Source: Eledone cirrhosa | Taxonomy: Eukaryota | DNA length: 64,000 bases | Assembly: GCA_964016885.1 (NCBI GenBank) | Contig: OZ024742.1 | Span: forward strand, 353,648,001 to 353,712,000 | Direction: 5' to 3' | Part shown: in pieces, positions 1-14,935 of the stretch | Numbering within the stretch: position 1 is the first letter of the stretch | Layout: the number at the start of each line of letters is the position of its first letter | Translations under genes and position numbers: made by a program | The notes under the pieces: model-generated | Seen by the model: only the letters and a program-made list of their open reading frames with translations | The model's database searches: none | What the model was told of the DNA's origin: nothing

Positions 1-57
1 GTTCTCCTACATGGATATAAAGTAGTGGCCGTACACGAAAATTAGTTGGCTGCCACC
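1..57 (+). mobile_element. 3' tail of an RTE-like LINE ending at (TA)n
   Basis: Reverse complement of the tails at 22346-22403 and 22832-22890, the first of which follows a C-terminal CxxC..H ORF. All three abut TA repeats. Confidence 0.55.
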
Positions 58-88
58 GTATATTTATGTATATATATATGTATGTATA

Positions 89-165
<77 letters not shown>

Positions 166-169
166 ATGT

Positions 170-240
<71 letters not shown>
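58..240. repeat. (TA)n/(GA)n microsatellite, representative of dozens of TA/CA tracts in the window
   Basis: Directly visible. These tracts produce the spurious YIYI, THTH and CVCV ORFs. Confidence 0.98.
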
Positions 241-241
<1 letters not shown>

Positions 242-546
242 CCGGTTGCGCATTTCTAAATGCTTTTCAAAAGTAATTTTGAGATAGAGTGTCCGTGTTG
301 TTTTCTCTGATCAGAGCAAACAACACGGGCACTCCATCTCAAAATTATTTTTGTAAAGCATTTAGAAATGCGCAACCGGTAAAAACTTAAAAACTTAAAA
401 CCACAACTGAATACTAACCCATACAATTACTAATACTCTTTTATTCCTAATTAAACCATTTTTCAACTGTGAACAATTTGCCAGCATTTTCTATTCCGTT
501 TACCCATATATAATAACTTGTGTGTTACACCTCTATTCTTTTAACT
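241..546 (+). mobile_element. Solo pLTR of Neptune-type family F with inverted (fold-back) 5' arm
   Basis: 311-546 matches the 3' end of the element at 47905-48138. 241-310 is the reverse complement of 311-380, centred on ctctgatcagag. Confidence 0.9.
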
Positions 547-569
547 ATATATATATATATATATATATA

Positions 570-3240
570 ACTTTGAGAGGTTTCGGCCAGTATTGGCCCT
601 GGCAAGGTCTAACTTAATAGCACCACCTGGCGAGGTTTTACAGATCACCGTTTGGGTATCATGGCCCACTCGAGCAGAGTTCTTGTTTACGGAGGCTTAT
701 CCGGGTGTAGGAGGCTTACCCGTGATTTATTGAAGGAATTTGTCCATAGACTTCTTGATGGGGTCTGTTTCTGTTTTGATGTCTTTGGGTGTAATGTTAA
801 AGAGTGCAGGGCCAATTGAAGTGAAATAATTGTGCCGTATCGTTGTTATCAGATGCGAGTGAGATTTTTGTCGTGGCCGGATAGCACGGGGCCGAAGCCT
901 TGGGGGTACATCAAACGTGATGCCAACATCATTTGGGCAAAGCTGATGGAGTATTTTCCAGATCATGCTGATAATGTAGCGCTCACGGTGACGTTGGAGA
1001 GAATAAAGGTTGAGCTTTACTAATCGACACCAATACTCAAGGACTGTCATGCCATCTATCATTTTTGTAATGGATATTTGGGGTGATTTAACTTTCATGA
1101 TACTTTGTTTCGTGTGGAGAGACCACAGTGGACAACATTATTCAAGATGGGGTCGGGCAAATGTGGAGAAGAGAAAAATAACAGTGTGTATATCTCTCGA
1201 CTGGAAACTTCTGAGAATCCAGGAACACATTGTGCGGGCCATGACAACTTTGCTTTTTATATAAGTGGCTCAGCTTATGTTGTTGTCCACACTTACTACC
1301 AGATCTCTGATGTTATTGGATGCCACTAGAGTTTCATGCGAAGGAATAGAGTATGATAGTTTCAGGCCATCAATTTTTCTAAAGTGGATTAATTTAAACT
1401 CATTCTCATTCAACATCATTTTATTATTTTCTGCCCATTGGATAACAGCCAGTAGGTCTGATTAAAGGCAAGTCCCGTCACCCCCCTTATTGATGAACCT
1501 TTGGAGCTTGGAATCATCTTCGAGCATTATGATGTTCCTGTGCTTGATGATGTCAGTAATGTTATTAATGTCGATGCTGAACAGAAGTGGGCCCAATACA
1601 GTTCGTTGTGGGACGACACAGCTGACTTTAGCAGGGCTTCATTTTACTCCTTCGACTAGAACATGTTGGTTTCTGTATGTCAGGAAACATTTGATCCACT
1701 GCAGTAACTTTCCAGAGACACCAATATTGGATAGTTCTTTCAATAGTATATTTTGATCAACCCTGTCAAAGACCTTGTTGAAATCAAGTTAGATGACATC
1801 AGTGTTGGAGCCCACTCACAAGGCTCTCAAAACATCGTCAAAGTGATGCAGGAGCTGCGTTAGGAAGTCCCTTCCATTACGGAACCCATGTTGATTGCAG
1901 TTCAGCAGGCTTCTGCTTTCAAGAAAGTGGGTTATTTGTGACCTCACCACCCTCTCAAATACCTTGATAATATGGTGAGTGAGATCGGACGGTAGTTCTC
2001 TACAAGGGACTTATTTTCATTTTTGAAGACTGGGACAACGGACCGGGACAAAAAGTTTCCAGGAATATAGCCAGTATCCAGTGAGTTCCACCGCAGATTA
2101 GCAATAGGAGATGTAAGTTGGTGTCGACACACCTACATGACACAAGCAGGAAACGTGTTGGAGCCTACTGCTGAATTGTGTTTAATTTCGTTTATTGACG
2201 CTAAGGCATTAGGGGCGCTAAACGTTATGTCTGATATAGTGTGTTGGGGATTAACATCACTGATACGGTCCAGATCGGCCATATCAGAATTGCTGAAAAC
2301 AGACCAGTATTGTTTCTGCAGTATCTCGCCCATGGTTTTGGCATTAACTTGGAGTGTGACATTTTCATCAACTAGAGGGCCAACAGTGGAGACAGTGACC
2401 TTGTGTTATTTACCAAATGAAAAGAACGCTTTGGGGTTGAGTTTGATTCTCTCAATGGTCCACCTGTCTTCAGCTGTTCACTGGTTATTGATGATGGTCA
2501 TCATTCTTTGTTGGAGGTTATATTTTTTTGAGTCAAGCAGGCCGATAGCCGTCGAATGTGTGTGTTGCTGTTGGCTGTATTTTAGTGTGTTAATTTTTTA
2601 TTTGTTCTTTTTTAATTTTTCTGACAATTGTTTTTCTGTTTTGGGGGGTACTGCACTTAGTTTTGTTCACAGGCTTTGGCGGGGTGTGTTTTGTACCTAT
2701 ATCTGTAACAGTGTCTACAAAGATCTGCCAAGATGTTTTGATGTTGGTGGAAATGTGTGCGTATGTATAAGACCAGTCAACATGTGATAGTTTGTTCATA
2801 ATTGCATCGCTGTTGGCATTGTAGAGATCCATGTTATCAAATGGGTGGCCTGGAAAGAGTTCCTAGGATTAGCTTTCAGCTGGTGGATTATCAGGTTACG
2901 AAGAACCATGTCATGGTCTGAGAGAAGGGTTTTTCTTCTGTAATATTATGTATAGTGTTAGTTTGGTTACTAAATACTAGATCCAGAATGTTCTTCTGAT
3001 GCCTTGTTGGTGCATGGACAAGTTCGGAGTAGAAAAACTAATTCATGAAGTCAAGAAGTGACTCGACTGCTTCTTTGCAAGTAGTTTGGGGCGCCAGGTT
3101 TCACACTGCTTGTAGAACAGTCGACACAGGGTAGATTACATTCTCCCATGAAATGTATGTTTCTAGAATGGCACTGTTTTATAAAGCATTTAATAGCAGA
3201 TTATGGGTGTTTGTTTTGGACTATAGAGCCCAACTAATGT
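570..3240 (-). mobile_element. Degenerate CR1/L2-group LINE (end of APE endonuclease plus RT)
   Basis: Minus-strand fragments: ILDLVFSN, SDHDMV, ENYRPISLT, QHGFRNGRDFLTQLL, LDFNKVFDRVD, TVLGPLLF, LNLYSLQRHRERY. Many stops and frameshifts. Confidence 0.85.
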
Positions 3241-3279
3241 TAAGTCATTGGCTTTGTTGTGCACAGTGACTGATTCACA

Positions 3280-3315
<36 letters not shown>

Positions 3316-3317
<2 letters not shown>

Positions 3318-5649
3318 CGTTTCTGAATTTGTTTAGCAAGATTGTTTATCTGAAAACTTGTGTTGAAACCGATATTGTTCTGCTTTGGGAGGGTCATGTT
3401 GCCAATAAGAAACACACGCATCATGCTTTCATTCCAATTTATTATAAATTAAATTTATAAATTTAAGAATCTATAAACTTCCGGTTGTTTCATTGGTTCC
3501 ATAACCGGACGCTTGTTCATATATTGTCAAGGTTATTTCGTCACTCATTATGTGATCTCTTCAGTGACTAGGTATTATTTTATTTGTTTTTTGCCTCTCC
3601 TTTTTTCTGTCATACGCCATCTTGTTTTTGTGTGTCTTGCGTCCTTGGTTTGCGCATGTGTAACATCCGGGTGTCTGTGTGTGTTTATATTTGTTTATTT
3701 ATTTGTTTATTTACATGTTACTGGTTGGTTGTTTGTTCTGTGTGTGTGTGTTTTCATTTTATCCTTAATTGTAAGTTGTGATGTTGCTGTTACATTCATG
3801 TTTTCTATTTAATTTTGGTTGGAGTTCATTTAGGTTTATTGCCCTGTGATTTGTCTAAACATCGCGTCTTTTCTGTGTGTAGATTCTAGTTTTATTTCTA
3901 TGTTCTCTAATTTGCTCTTATGTTCTATTTTAGCATGTTGGTGGTGTATTAATGATTCTTTTTTATCTTGAAGGTCTCGCCAGTGTTCATTTATCCGTTC
4001 CCCTATACTACGAGCTGTCTCACCTATGTACACTACATTATTATCTTTACATTGTCCTTCAGTACATCTTATGCTATATACTACTTTCAAGTTTTACAGT
4101 TAATATGGGTGCTTAGTTTACAGATTATGCATTTCTTATCTATACAGGGACGTCTTTGAAAAGGGTATGTATACCTAATAAGTGTTTTTATGGAGGTACC
4201 TGGTCTTTCTACTATCTTAATATTACGTTTATATTTATCTAGGGCCCATCTAAATTTGTAAGCTAATTCACCTCTAGGGATTGTATTGATGAGAATTACA
4301 CTCTGGTATTTATTGCTATCATACCATGAGTATTTTCTAGTAACCTTATTCCTAGTTCTTTCTATTATATTCCAAACTTTACTCCTATACAAGGGGCATG
4401 TCCCATTTGTATCATTATTTACCATTGTTTCCCATTTGATTCTGGCTCCTCTATATACTCTGATTTTATCTCTCTGATTGTAACCAGAGAACTGCATACG
4501 ATGGATGAAGTGTTGTATGTGTCTCTCTAGTTATTTGGGGTTGCACATGCGGATCACGTTTCTCATCACCCGTACCAAATCCGCAATCAGTATGTTGATT
4601 TTAGTGTGATCCGAAACAGCTGAGTTTCGGTGGATCAGATATTTGGAAGTCATGGGTTTTGCATAATGGGAATGGAGGATTTGTTTTTTGTTATTAATGG
4701 TTTCTAACCAGAGCTCTGTGTCTAGTACAGGTAATCGATGGTTTGGGTGTTTGCTTGGGTTGACTATAGTAACTCTAATACTCTAGTGGATGGAGTTAGC
4801 TATTCGCTGGATGCTTTCGATGGTGTTTTTCTCTCTAATTCCCGACTGTTCTTTAGTGGGGTGTTTTTACTACGATGTTTATATCATCAACGAAGCGGGA
4901 GTACATTATCATGGTTAAGAGGTTGCTGTCTTCTAATTGTTCTTTAAGTTTAAGTTTACGTTTATTGTCCCATCATACCATGAATAGGTTATCTATGTCA
5001 CCTGCAATGCTAACACCAATAGCTGCTCCCTCCTCTTGGGCATATGTTTTTCCATTAAATTCGAACGTATGTTCCTTAAGGGTTAATTTTATACTGGCCC
5101 CCACCGAATGTGCAATTATTTTATTTGGTTCATCGTGGTTTTCGGGTTTCATTATGGCCCTGGTCCACCCGTTCCATCTTTCTGTGTGGGTTTTATTGGC
5201 TATTGAGGTAATGGTAGGATGTCTGCCTCTTGCTGGTCTTGTAGGGCACAGGTTGCTAAGGTCATATGTATCTAGATAATCATCACTATAGGTAAGTTTA
5301 AGTAAGAGTCCCAGCTCACAGGTATCAATCCCACACAATTCAACATTGCTCTCACTGATCATTTATACGCATTTCTCCACTGCAAAATGCACCTCAATGG
5401 ATGGATATAGGGACACAACATCCATACTACCTATTATACAGTTTGTTACGTTCCTAGATCGGTTACTTTCGCTGATTCTGCTGAGGAGGTCCTCCATGGT
5501 GTCACATATATCTGGGGACATTTCAATGATGGGGCGTTTGATCAGGGAGAGGAAGTAGGAAAGTCTATAGTTACTTGCAATGTTAGCTCCACAGACTGGC
5601 CATGTTGGTGGTCCTGTGACAGGGTCACTGCTCGTTTTATGGTATTTTG

Positions 5650-5651
<2 letters not shown>
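3316..5651 (-). mobile_element. Penelope-like element family B (RT plus GIY-YIG), 5'-interrupted and degenerate
   Basis: WPVCGA, DVVSLYPS, EEGAAIGVSIAG, RFVDD, LPVLDTELW and VYSIRC..YIGETARS..ERINEH motifs. The pLTR carries an HHR. Confidence 0.85.
3526..3568 (-). ncRNA. Hammerhead ribozyme motif (family B), degenerate stem III
   Basis: Minus strand: gtca CTGAAGA gatcac-ataatga-gtgac GAAA taacct tgac. Confidence 0.65.
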
Positions 5652-5681
<30 letters not shown>

Positions 5682-5730
5682 AATCAGGAAAGAAGGTTGA
5701 CATGGTTTGCTATACAAAAAAGGTTTTTAA

Positions 5731-5849
5731 TCTCATAGCTGACAATTGTTTCTTTGAACTGGTAGGTCTAGAGATCGCTATTCGCTTATTTTCACGTTAC
5801 TCGATCGCCAATACAAAATTATAACCAGTCAGTTCTTCGGAGCATGCGA
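5731..5849 (-). ncRNA. Hammerhead with long stem II and CCGAAGA core (family A). Other copies at 9436-9556 (-) and 12866-12986 (+)
   Basis: gcatgct CCGAAGA ..actggt [long insert] accagt.. GAAA caattg TC agctatg. Stem III is the palindrome ACAATTGT. Confidence 0.7.
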
Positions 5850-6250
5850 TAATGAAGAGAATACACAGGCAGGAAAAGAATATACAGGCTACTATATGAA
5901 GTAGTAATGGCATTCAGTTAGAACAATAACAACAATTACAACAATGCTATTAATAAATTATTTGAGGAGACCCTGACATTACTTAGGTGTGTGTGTGTGG
6001 GGGGGGGTATAGTGTATCTAAGATTTCGGCGTGTAAAACTACTGTCATGAGGCAAAAGTAAAAGTTTGGCATGTACAGAGTATCGAAGTATGTATCAATT
6101 TTACATTATAAAGATAAGCCAGTGTTTACAGTCTTTCTTTTCATCTTCAATAAGATACATGAGTGGGACAACACTGTCAGAGCTAAATAGTTGCTGAGTT
6201 AATACAGAGGTTAAGGAGGTGATATACGCATATATTTATACACACACACA

Positions 6251-6359
<109 letters not shown>

Positions 6360-6671
6360 GCATGTGTACATAGACACATACATACACATCGATATACACT
6401 GGCACAAAATATACATACATGCAAAGAGATAAGCGTGCTAATTGTAATTATGGCAAAAGGAAGGTAAAGTTACATTGTAGTACTGATTTGAGAAAAACTA
6501 GGACTTAGGATCAAATGATGGCAGCAGCTGAGAAGGAATAAGTGTGTGTGTTGATGAGGTACTTACAGACATTTGTGTGGTATAGACTTGTGAAGGCTAG
6601 AGTATACTTAATGAATATATTCCTGTGGGTAGTAGGTATCCTAATTTAAAGCTATGTTATGTTGGTTCGAT

Positions 6672-9164
6672 TCACGGATGTTTGAATCTTATGAATTTAG
6701 TGGCAATTCTATGCCTGCAGAAGATAGATCTTTCTAACTTATTGTTAAGAAGCCTTTTTACATGTTTGAGGATATACAATAGCTCAAGATCACATAGCCC
6801 GCAGTGGGACATACCTGTACTATAGGTTTTAGCAGCCGACAACTTCGACCAGTTAATACTGTAGTTAGTGCTGTTGTCCTTCAGTTCCCATATTTTTTTG
6901 GCGAGGGTTGTGGCCACATAAGTGCACGGTTTTTCATTGAGTTCCTGTGCACATACCATCTTTTTTTAAAATAACCCGCGGTGGATCCTATGTAATTCCA
7001 GGTGGAGTTACCCGAGATGACCGTGCACATGTACACTAGGCTCGAATCGAGACATCTGTTCGCCAATGGGCACCTATCTGCTAGGTGACAGTTACAGTTT
7101 GAGGCGCTATTTTGTGCAGCTTTTGCATTCCTGTTTAGTACTCTGTTATAAGTGGGTTGTGATATATGTCCAATGGGGTTTTGCTGCTGCGCGTTTGTAT
7201 GCGCTTGTGGTTGTGATGTTGTGATGTGTTTGTGCTTATAATGTGGTGCTACGTTATGTATAGGTGCAGTTGATTTACTGGAGATATTTCTGTGGTTGAT
7301 CTTGCATATGTGTGATTCTATGTTTGCTGCTGTTGAGTATGAGAGTTTTATAGTAGATCTATTGAGTATGTTGTAATATCTATGCGAGATAGGGAAGTGT
7401 TTATCTATTAGTTTAAAGAATGTAGAGGGCAGTCTAGTTTTTATACAGGAGTTGAATATTGGGTTGAACCATAGGTATATTCTTTGTCTGTTTCTTCTAT
7501 TGTTTCTTGGGTTTACGTTATTAGTGTTTTAGCCGTTTACTCCAGGTGTTACGTTTCTAATCCTATATCTAGTCAAGCTATTCCTATTATTATGTGAGCG
7601 GTTGGAGTAGTAATTACTAGGATAGTTTACGTTGTCCTTAATCACTATATACTGCAGTTTATCGTTATGACCGGCCCTACTTAATGCTGCATTATAATAG
7701 TCAGCATGCTCGTTAAAGATTTCTAGGTTTGAGGATAAGCGGGATATTCGACGGGATATACTACGTGCTTTGGATCTAATCATGGATTTGGGGTGGTTTG
7801 AGTTGTAACTAATGTAGGCAAGATTTTCATTATTTTTGTGGAAAGGTTCTATTAATCCAGTATTTAGATTTAGAGTCACATCTAGAACATTTACCTTCTT
7901 ATGGTTCAGTTCATAGGTAACACTTAGGCCTAGTTTTTTTAAGAATATTCTAATATTTTTTCTTAGTCTTTCCATGCTCTGGTTGTTTAGGTGCCTAGCT
8001 ATAAGTAACGTGTCGTCCCTATAAATTCCTCCTTGGAGGTTACTGAATTCCTTATGTAGGTCGTGTACTATGAATAGCCCCACGATATCTGTGATTTGCA
8101 CAGAATCATTTGATCCCATTGTTATATCGAAGCTATTTATTCTATCCTTTCGTACCCAGTAGCTATTTTCAAATTTTATGATAGTCCTACTAGCCGCTAT
8201 TATTATTTCAATTTCATCATGGGTAAGATCAGAGTTATTTTGGGCAAATGTAAGCCCCTTATCTAGGGTAGCTGGGGATATGGATGCATAGAGTTGTATA
8301 TATCAAATTGTATGAAGTTACACGTCTCCCTATTTTGTATTTTATTGAACCATTTAATTGCCTCGTTAGATTAATATGCCCATCCAAGTCAGACATAGGT
8401 AAAATTAGCAAGAACCTTCTAGATAGGGTAATCGCAGAAATAAAGGGTAAACTAGAAATCAATTTATGGGGATAAATTGATTTCTAGTTTACACTTTATT
8501 TGTGCGATTACCCTATCTAGAAGGTTCTTGCTAATTTTTCCTATGTCTGACTTGGATGGGCATATTAATCTAATGGTGGTGTTAGTTTCAAAGTTATTTT
8601 TGTGATCCTTCAGGTTAAATGCTGGGTTGCACGGCGTTAGCGGTTCGGTCCTATCTGGAATTCCGTGTTTATTAACTATCTTGAGGCGCTCCACGTTAAT
8701 GCTGGTGAGTATAGATTCATTTGTTTTTTTATATTTGTTATGTAGTTCACGCTGGATAAAGCTATTGTATGTGTTAATGTCCATAGAGTATACGTTTGAT
8801 GTTTTGTCTGCTTTTACTATGATACCGTTAGTGTCTTTTAGTTTTTTTAGTAGTGTATTTAAGTCATTTTGCAATTTGTTGTGATTTGTTCCTTTTTTAA
8901 ATTTAGTTTTACTTATCATGTTCATAAGGTCCAGGTCAAAGGCATCGAGTGCGGGGATGTTTGGCGGGTTTTTGCAGGATTTAAACCCGTAATTCTCCTT
9001 AGAAAATTCCTTTGCGTTGGTATTCGGTCCCTCTCGAAATGGTAAGCTTTCCATCGGACCCTGCGGATGAAATCATTAGTCCGTCGTATCATGCCCAGTG
9101 TATAGTCCTTTTTTGTAGGTATAGGTATGTTTTTCAGTGACATACCTATACGGTGCTTCTCCAT
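6672..9164 (-). pseudogene. Naiad-type PLE ORF (RT plus GIY-YIG endonuclease), frameshifted
   Basis: MSLKNIP, KADKTSN, LKDHK, MGSNDSVQITDIVG, IYRDD, WFNP, CNC..CPL..C, YIGST..FKKR, CGLCDLE..CRH. Confidence 0.9.
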
Positions 9165-9929
9165 GTTGTTTCCATGCGTTAATGGTGTTGCTCGACCAGG
9201 TGGGAGCTAAATATACGGGGTAACAAATAATAGTTAAATGCAGTCCAATTAGGTATAGTCCAGTTATGGTATTCCAGGTAGTGGATGATATCAACGCTTG
9301 GCTTGGTTTGACTCAACAAGGTGTTTTCATAGTGATGCTGCGGGTATGCTGTAATTCCTATGTTGTAAACACTTGGAGTAATAATAAATCAGAAAAGAAG
9401 GTTGACATGGTTTGCTATACAAAAAAGGTTTTTAATCTCATAGCTGACAATTGTTTCTCTGAACTGGTAGGTCTAGAGATCGCTATTCGCTTATTTCCAC
9501 GTTACTCGATCGCCAATACAAAATTATAACCAGTAAGTTCTTCGGGACATGTGAGAATGAAGAGAATACAAAGGCAAGAAAAGAATATACAGGCTACTAT
9601 ATGAAGTAGTAATGGCATTCAGTTAGAACAATAACAACAATTAAAACAATGCTATTAATAAATTATTTGAGGAGACCCTGACATTACTTAGGTGGGGGGG
9701 TATAGTGTATCTAAGATTTCGGCGTGTAAACTAGCTGTCATGAAGCAAAAGTAAAAGTTTGGCATGTACAGAGTATCGAAGTGTATATCAATTTTACATT
9801 ATAAAGATAAGCCAGTGTTTACAGTCTTTCTTTTCATCTTCAATAACATACATGAGTGGGACAACACTGTCAAAGCTAAATAGTTGGTGAGTTAATACAG
9901 AGATTAAGGTGGTAATATAAGCATATATT

Positions 9930-10969
<1,040 letters not shown>

Positions 10970-11280
10970 GCATGTGTACATAGACACATACATACACATC
11001 AATATACACTCGTACAAAATATACATACACGCAAAGAGGTAAGCGTGCTAATTGTAATTATGGCAAAAGGAAGGTAAAGTTACATTGTAGTAGTGATTTG
11101 AGAAAAAACTAGGGTTAAGGATCAAATGATGGCAGCAGCTGAGAAGGAATAAGTTTGTGTGTTGATGAGGTACTTACAGACATTTGTGTGGTATAGACTT
11201 GTGAAGGCTAGAGTATACTTAATGAATATATTCCTGTGGGTAGTAGGTATCCTAATTTAAAGCTATGTTATGTTGGTTCG

Positions 11281-12668
11281 ATTCACTGAGGTTTGAATCT
11301 TATGAATTTAGTGGCAATTCTACGTCTGCAGAAGATAGATCAATCTAACTTATTGTTAAGTAGCCTTTTTACATTTTTGAGGATATACAATAGCTCAAGA
11401 TCACACAGCCGGCAGTGGGACATACCTGTACATAAGGTTTTAGCAGCCGACAACTTCGACCAGTTAATACTGTAGTTAGTGCTGCTGTCCTTCAGTTCCC
11501 ATATTTTTTGGCGAGGGTTGTGGAACCCATAAGTGCACGGTTTTTCATTCAGTGCCTGTGCACATACCATCTTTTTTTAAAAGAACCCGCGGTGGATCCT
11601 ATGTAATTCCAGGTGTAGTTGCCCGAGATGACCGTACACATGTACACTGGGCTTGAATCGAGACATCTGTTCGCCAATGGGCACCTATCTGGTAGGTGAC
11701 AGTTACAGTTTGAGGCGCTATTTTGTGCAGCTTTTATATTCCTGTTTAGTACTCTGTTATAAGTGGGTTGTGATATATGCCCAATGGGGTTTTGCTGCTG
11801 CGCGTTTGTATGCGCTTGTGGTTGTGATGTTGTGATGTGTTTGTGCTTATAATGTGGTGCTACGTTATGTATAGGTGCAGTTGATTTACTGGAGATATTT
11901 CTGTGGTTGATCTTGCGTATGTGTGATTCTATGTTTGCTGCTGTTGAGTATGAGAGTTTTATAGTAGATCTATTGAGTATTTTGTGATATCTATGCGAGA
12001 TAGGGAAGTGTTTATCTATTAGTTTAAAGAATGTAGAGGGCAGTCTAGTTTTTTATAGAGGAGTTGAATATTGGGTTGAACCATAGGTACTTTCTTTGTC
12101 TGTTTCTTCTATTGTTTCTTGGGTTTACGTTATTCGTGTTTTGGCCGTTTACTCCAGGTGTTACGTTTCTAATCCTATATCTAGTCAAGTTATTTCTATT
12201 ATTATGTGAGCGGTTGGAGTAGTAATTACTAGGAATGTTTACGTTGTCTTTATTCACTATATACTGTAGTTTATCTTTATGACCGGCCCTACGTAATGCT
12301 GCATTATACTAGTCAGCATGCTCGTTAAAGATTTCTAGGTTTGAGGATAAGCGGAATATTCGGAGGGATATACTACGTGCTATGGATTTAATTATGGATT
12401 TGGGGTGATTTGAGTTGTAACTAATGTAGGCAAGATTTTCATTATTTTTGTGGAAAGGTTCTATTAATCCAGTATTTAGATTTAGAGTCACATCTAGAAA
12501 ATTTACCTTCTTATGGTTCAGTTCGTAGGTAATACTTAGGCCTAGTTTTTTAAAGAATATTCTAATGTTTTTTCTTAGTCTTTCCATGCTCTGGTTGTTT
12601 AGGTTCCTAGCTATAAGTAACGTGTCGTCCCTATAAATTCCTCCTTGGGGGGTACTGAATTCCTTATG
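11281..12668 (-). pseudogene. 5'-truncated second copy of family A ORF
   Basis: Near-identical to 6672-8058 (YRDD through GIY-YIG), with stops. Confidence 0.9.
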
Positions 12669-13253
12669 CTAGTTTTACACACCGAAATCTTAGATTCACG
12701 CCGAAATCTTAGGTACACTATACCCCCCACCTAAGTAATGTCAGGGTCTCCTCAAATAATTTATTAATAGCATTGTTGTAATTGTTGTTATTGTTCTAAC
12801 TGAATGCCATTACTAGTTCATATAGTAGCCTGTATATTCTTTTCTTGCCTGTGTATTCTCTTCATTCTCGCATGCTCCGAAGAACTTACTGGTTATAATT
12901 TTGTATTGGCGATTGAGTAACGTGAAAATAAGCGAATAGCGATCTCTAGACCTACCAGTTCAGAGAGACAATTGTCAGCTATGAGATTAAAAACCTTTTT
13001 TGTATAGCAAACCATGTCAACCTTCTTTTCTGATTTACTATTACTCCAAGTGTTTACAAAATAGGAATTACAGCATACCCGCACCATCACTATGAAAACG
13101 CCTTGTTGAGTCAAACCAAGCCAAGCGTTGATATAATCCACTACCTGGAATACCATAACTGGACTATACCTAAGTGGACTGCATTTAACTATTATTTGTT
13201 ACCCCTTATATATATATATATATATACAAAAGACCATAAAACGAGCAGTCACC

Positions 13254-14935
13254 TAAGATTAATATGAAGGATCATAAAATAAACTTTGAAAATGATTTAC
13301 CAGTCAGATTAATTGCACCATCTAAATCTGACCTGGGCAGACTTATCAAAAATATTCTAGACAGAATAATACAACAAATTAAGAATTTACCTAATTTATC
13401 TTACTTAAAATTATGGAAAGGGACTAGTGAGGTATCGATTGGTTTAAAGAAATTAAATATAACTATAATAATAAGTTTATTCAGTTGGATATTGCTAACT
13501 ACTACTCATCTATCACTCCTAATCTACTGAATAAGGCACTAACTAACGCATTTAAACATACATACCTAACTAGCAATGAAATGCACATTATATTATCGGC
13601 ACGGAAAACATTAATAGAATTTAATAATCAACTCTGATATAGGGCAGATAGAAATAATAATTTCGACATAACTATGGGGTCTTCAGACTCAGCTCAGGTA
13701 ACGGACCTTGTAGGCCTATTTATAATTAATTCTCTACATAGAAAAATACCAGGTGTAACCGGAAGCTTATATCGTGACGACATGCTTTTACTTATAGAAA
13801 ATAATAGCTGTGAACTAAATAGAAAAAGAAAACAAATTATACAATTTTTTTAATTACCTTAATCTAAAAGTAGAAATAGAGAATAACCATAAAATAGTCA
13901 ATTTTCTAGATGTAACACTCCATCTCAACACATGTCTTCATTATCCATTTCACAAACGAAATGAGAACTTAAATTATGTCATTTTTAACTCTAATCATCC
14001 CCAGATCCGTTAAAAATAGTATAGTGAACTCTGTTCAAGAACGAATATCAAGAATGTCATCTAATAAGAATATATTTGATGAAAAAGCGCATTATTACAA
14101 CGAAGCGTTAGGTAGAGCTGGGTATAGAAATAAAATTAAATACATCGATAATAATAATAATATACAAACTAACCAAAATAATAACAACTTTAATTATGGT
14201 AACAATGTTAACAACTATAATAGAAAACATTACAATAATTCCGAAAGCCGAAAAAGAAATAGAACTAGAAATATATTATGGTTCGCTCCTCCTTTCTCAC
14301 TAAATATTAAAACCTCTATTGCTAAACTATTCTTTAAGGCTCTTGACAAACGCTTCCCTAGAACACATAAATATTACTCAATTTTTAATAGACATAATAT
14401 AAAATTAACTTACTCGTCCACCAAAAATTTAGCGCAAAATATTAATAGAATTAACAATAGAAATTTAAAACCTAAACAAAATACCAATAATAACCCAAGA
14501 AATATTCAATCAAATAACTGTAACTGTAGAAATAAATACAACTGTCCGTTAAATAACAACTGCTTAGCTAAAAATGTAGTTTATAATTGTAACGTTAACA
14601 CTAATTTAAATTCATTTAATTATGTCGGTTTTACCTCTGCAGAATTTAAATCCCGCTTCAATAATCATAAAAATTATTTTACAGATCCAAACAAAAAATC
14701 TTCCACTTCGCTATCTAGCCTATTATGGGACCTAAAACGAGATAATGTTGAATATTCGCTGATTTGGAATATTATTTCTTAAGCTACTCCTTTTAATTCC
14801 TCTTCAGAAAATTGTGATCTTTGTATAGAGGAAATATTCTTTATATTAATGACCAAAAATTCCCTTAATTTAAGCAATAATTTATTCAGTTGCTGCAGAC
14901 ATAGATTGAACTTAACGTTTAAATATGAATATAAA
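13254..14935 (+). pseudogene. Naiad-type PLE family E, 5'-truncated RT plus GIY-YIG
   Basis: MKDHK..VRLIAPSKSDLG, MGSSDSAQVTDLVG, YRDD, ILWFAPPFS, CNC..CPL..CL, YVGFT..FKSRF..H, CDLCIEE, CCRH. Confidence 0.88.

Noticed and set aside
46-276. YIYI, THTH and CVCV ORFs here and throughout the window
   Set aside because: They are translations of microsatellites.
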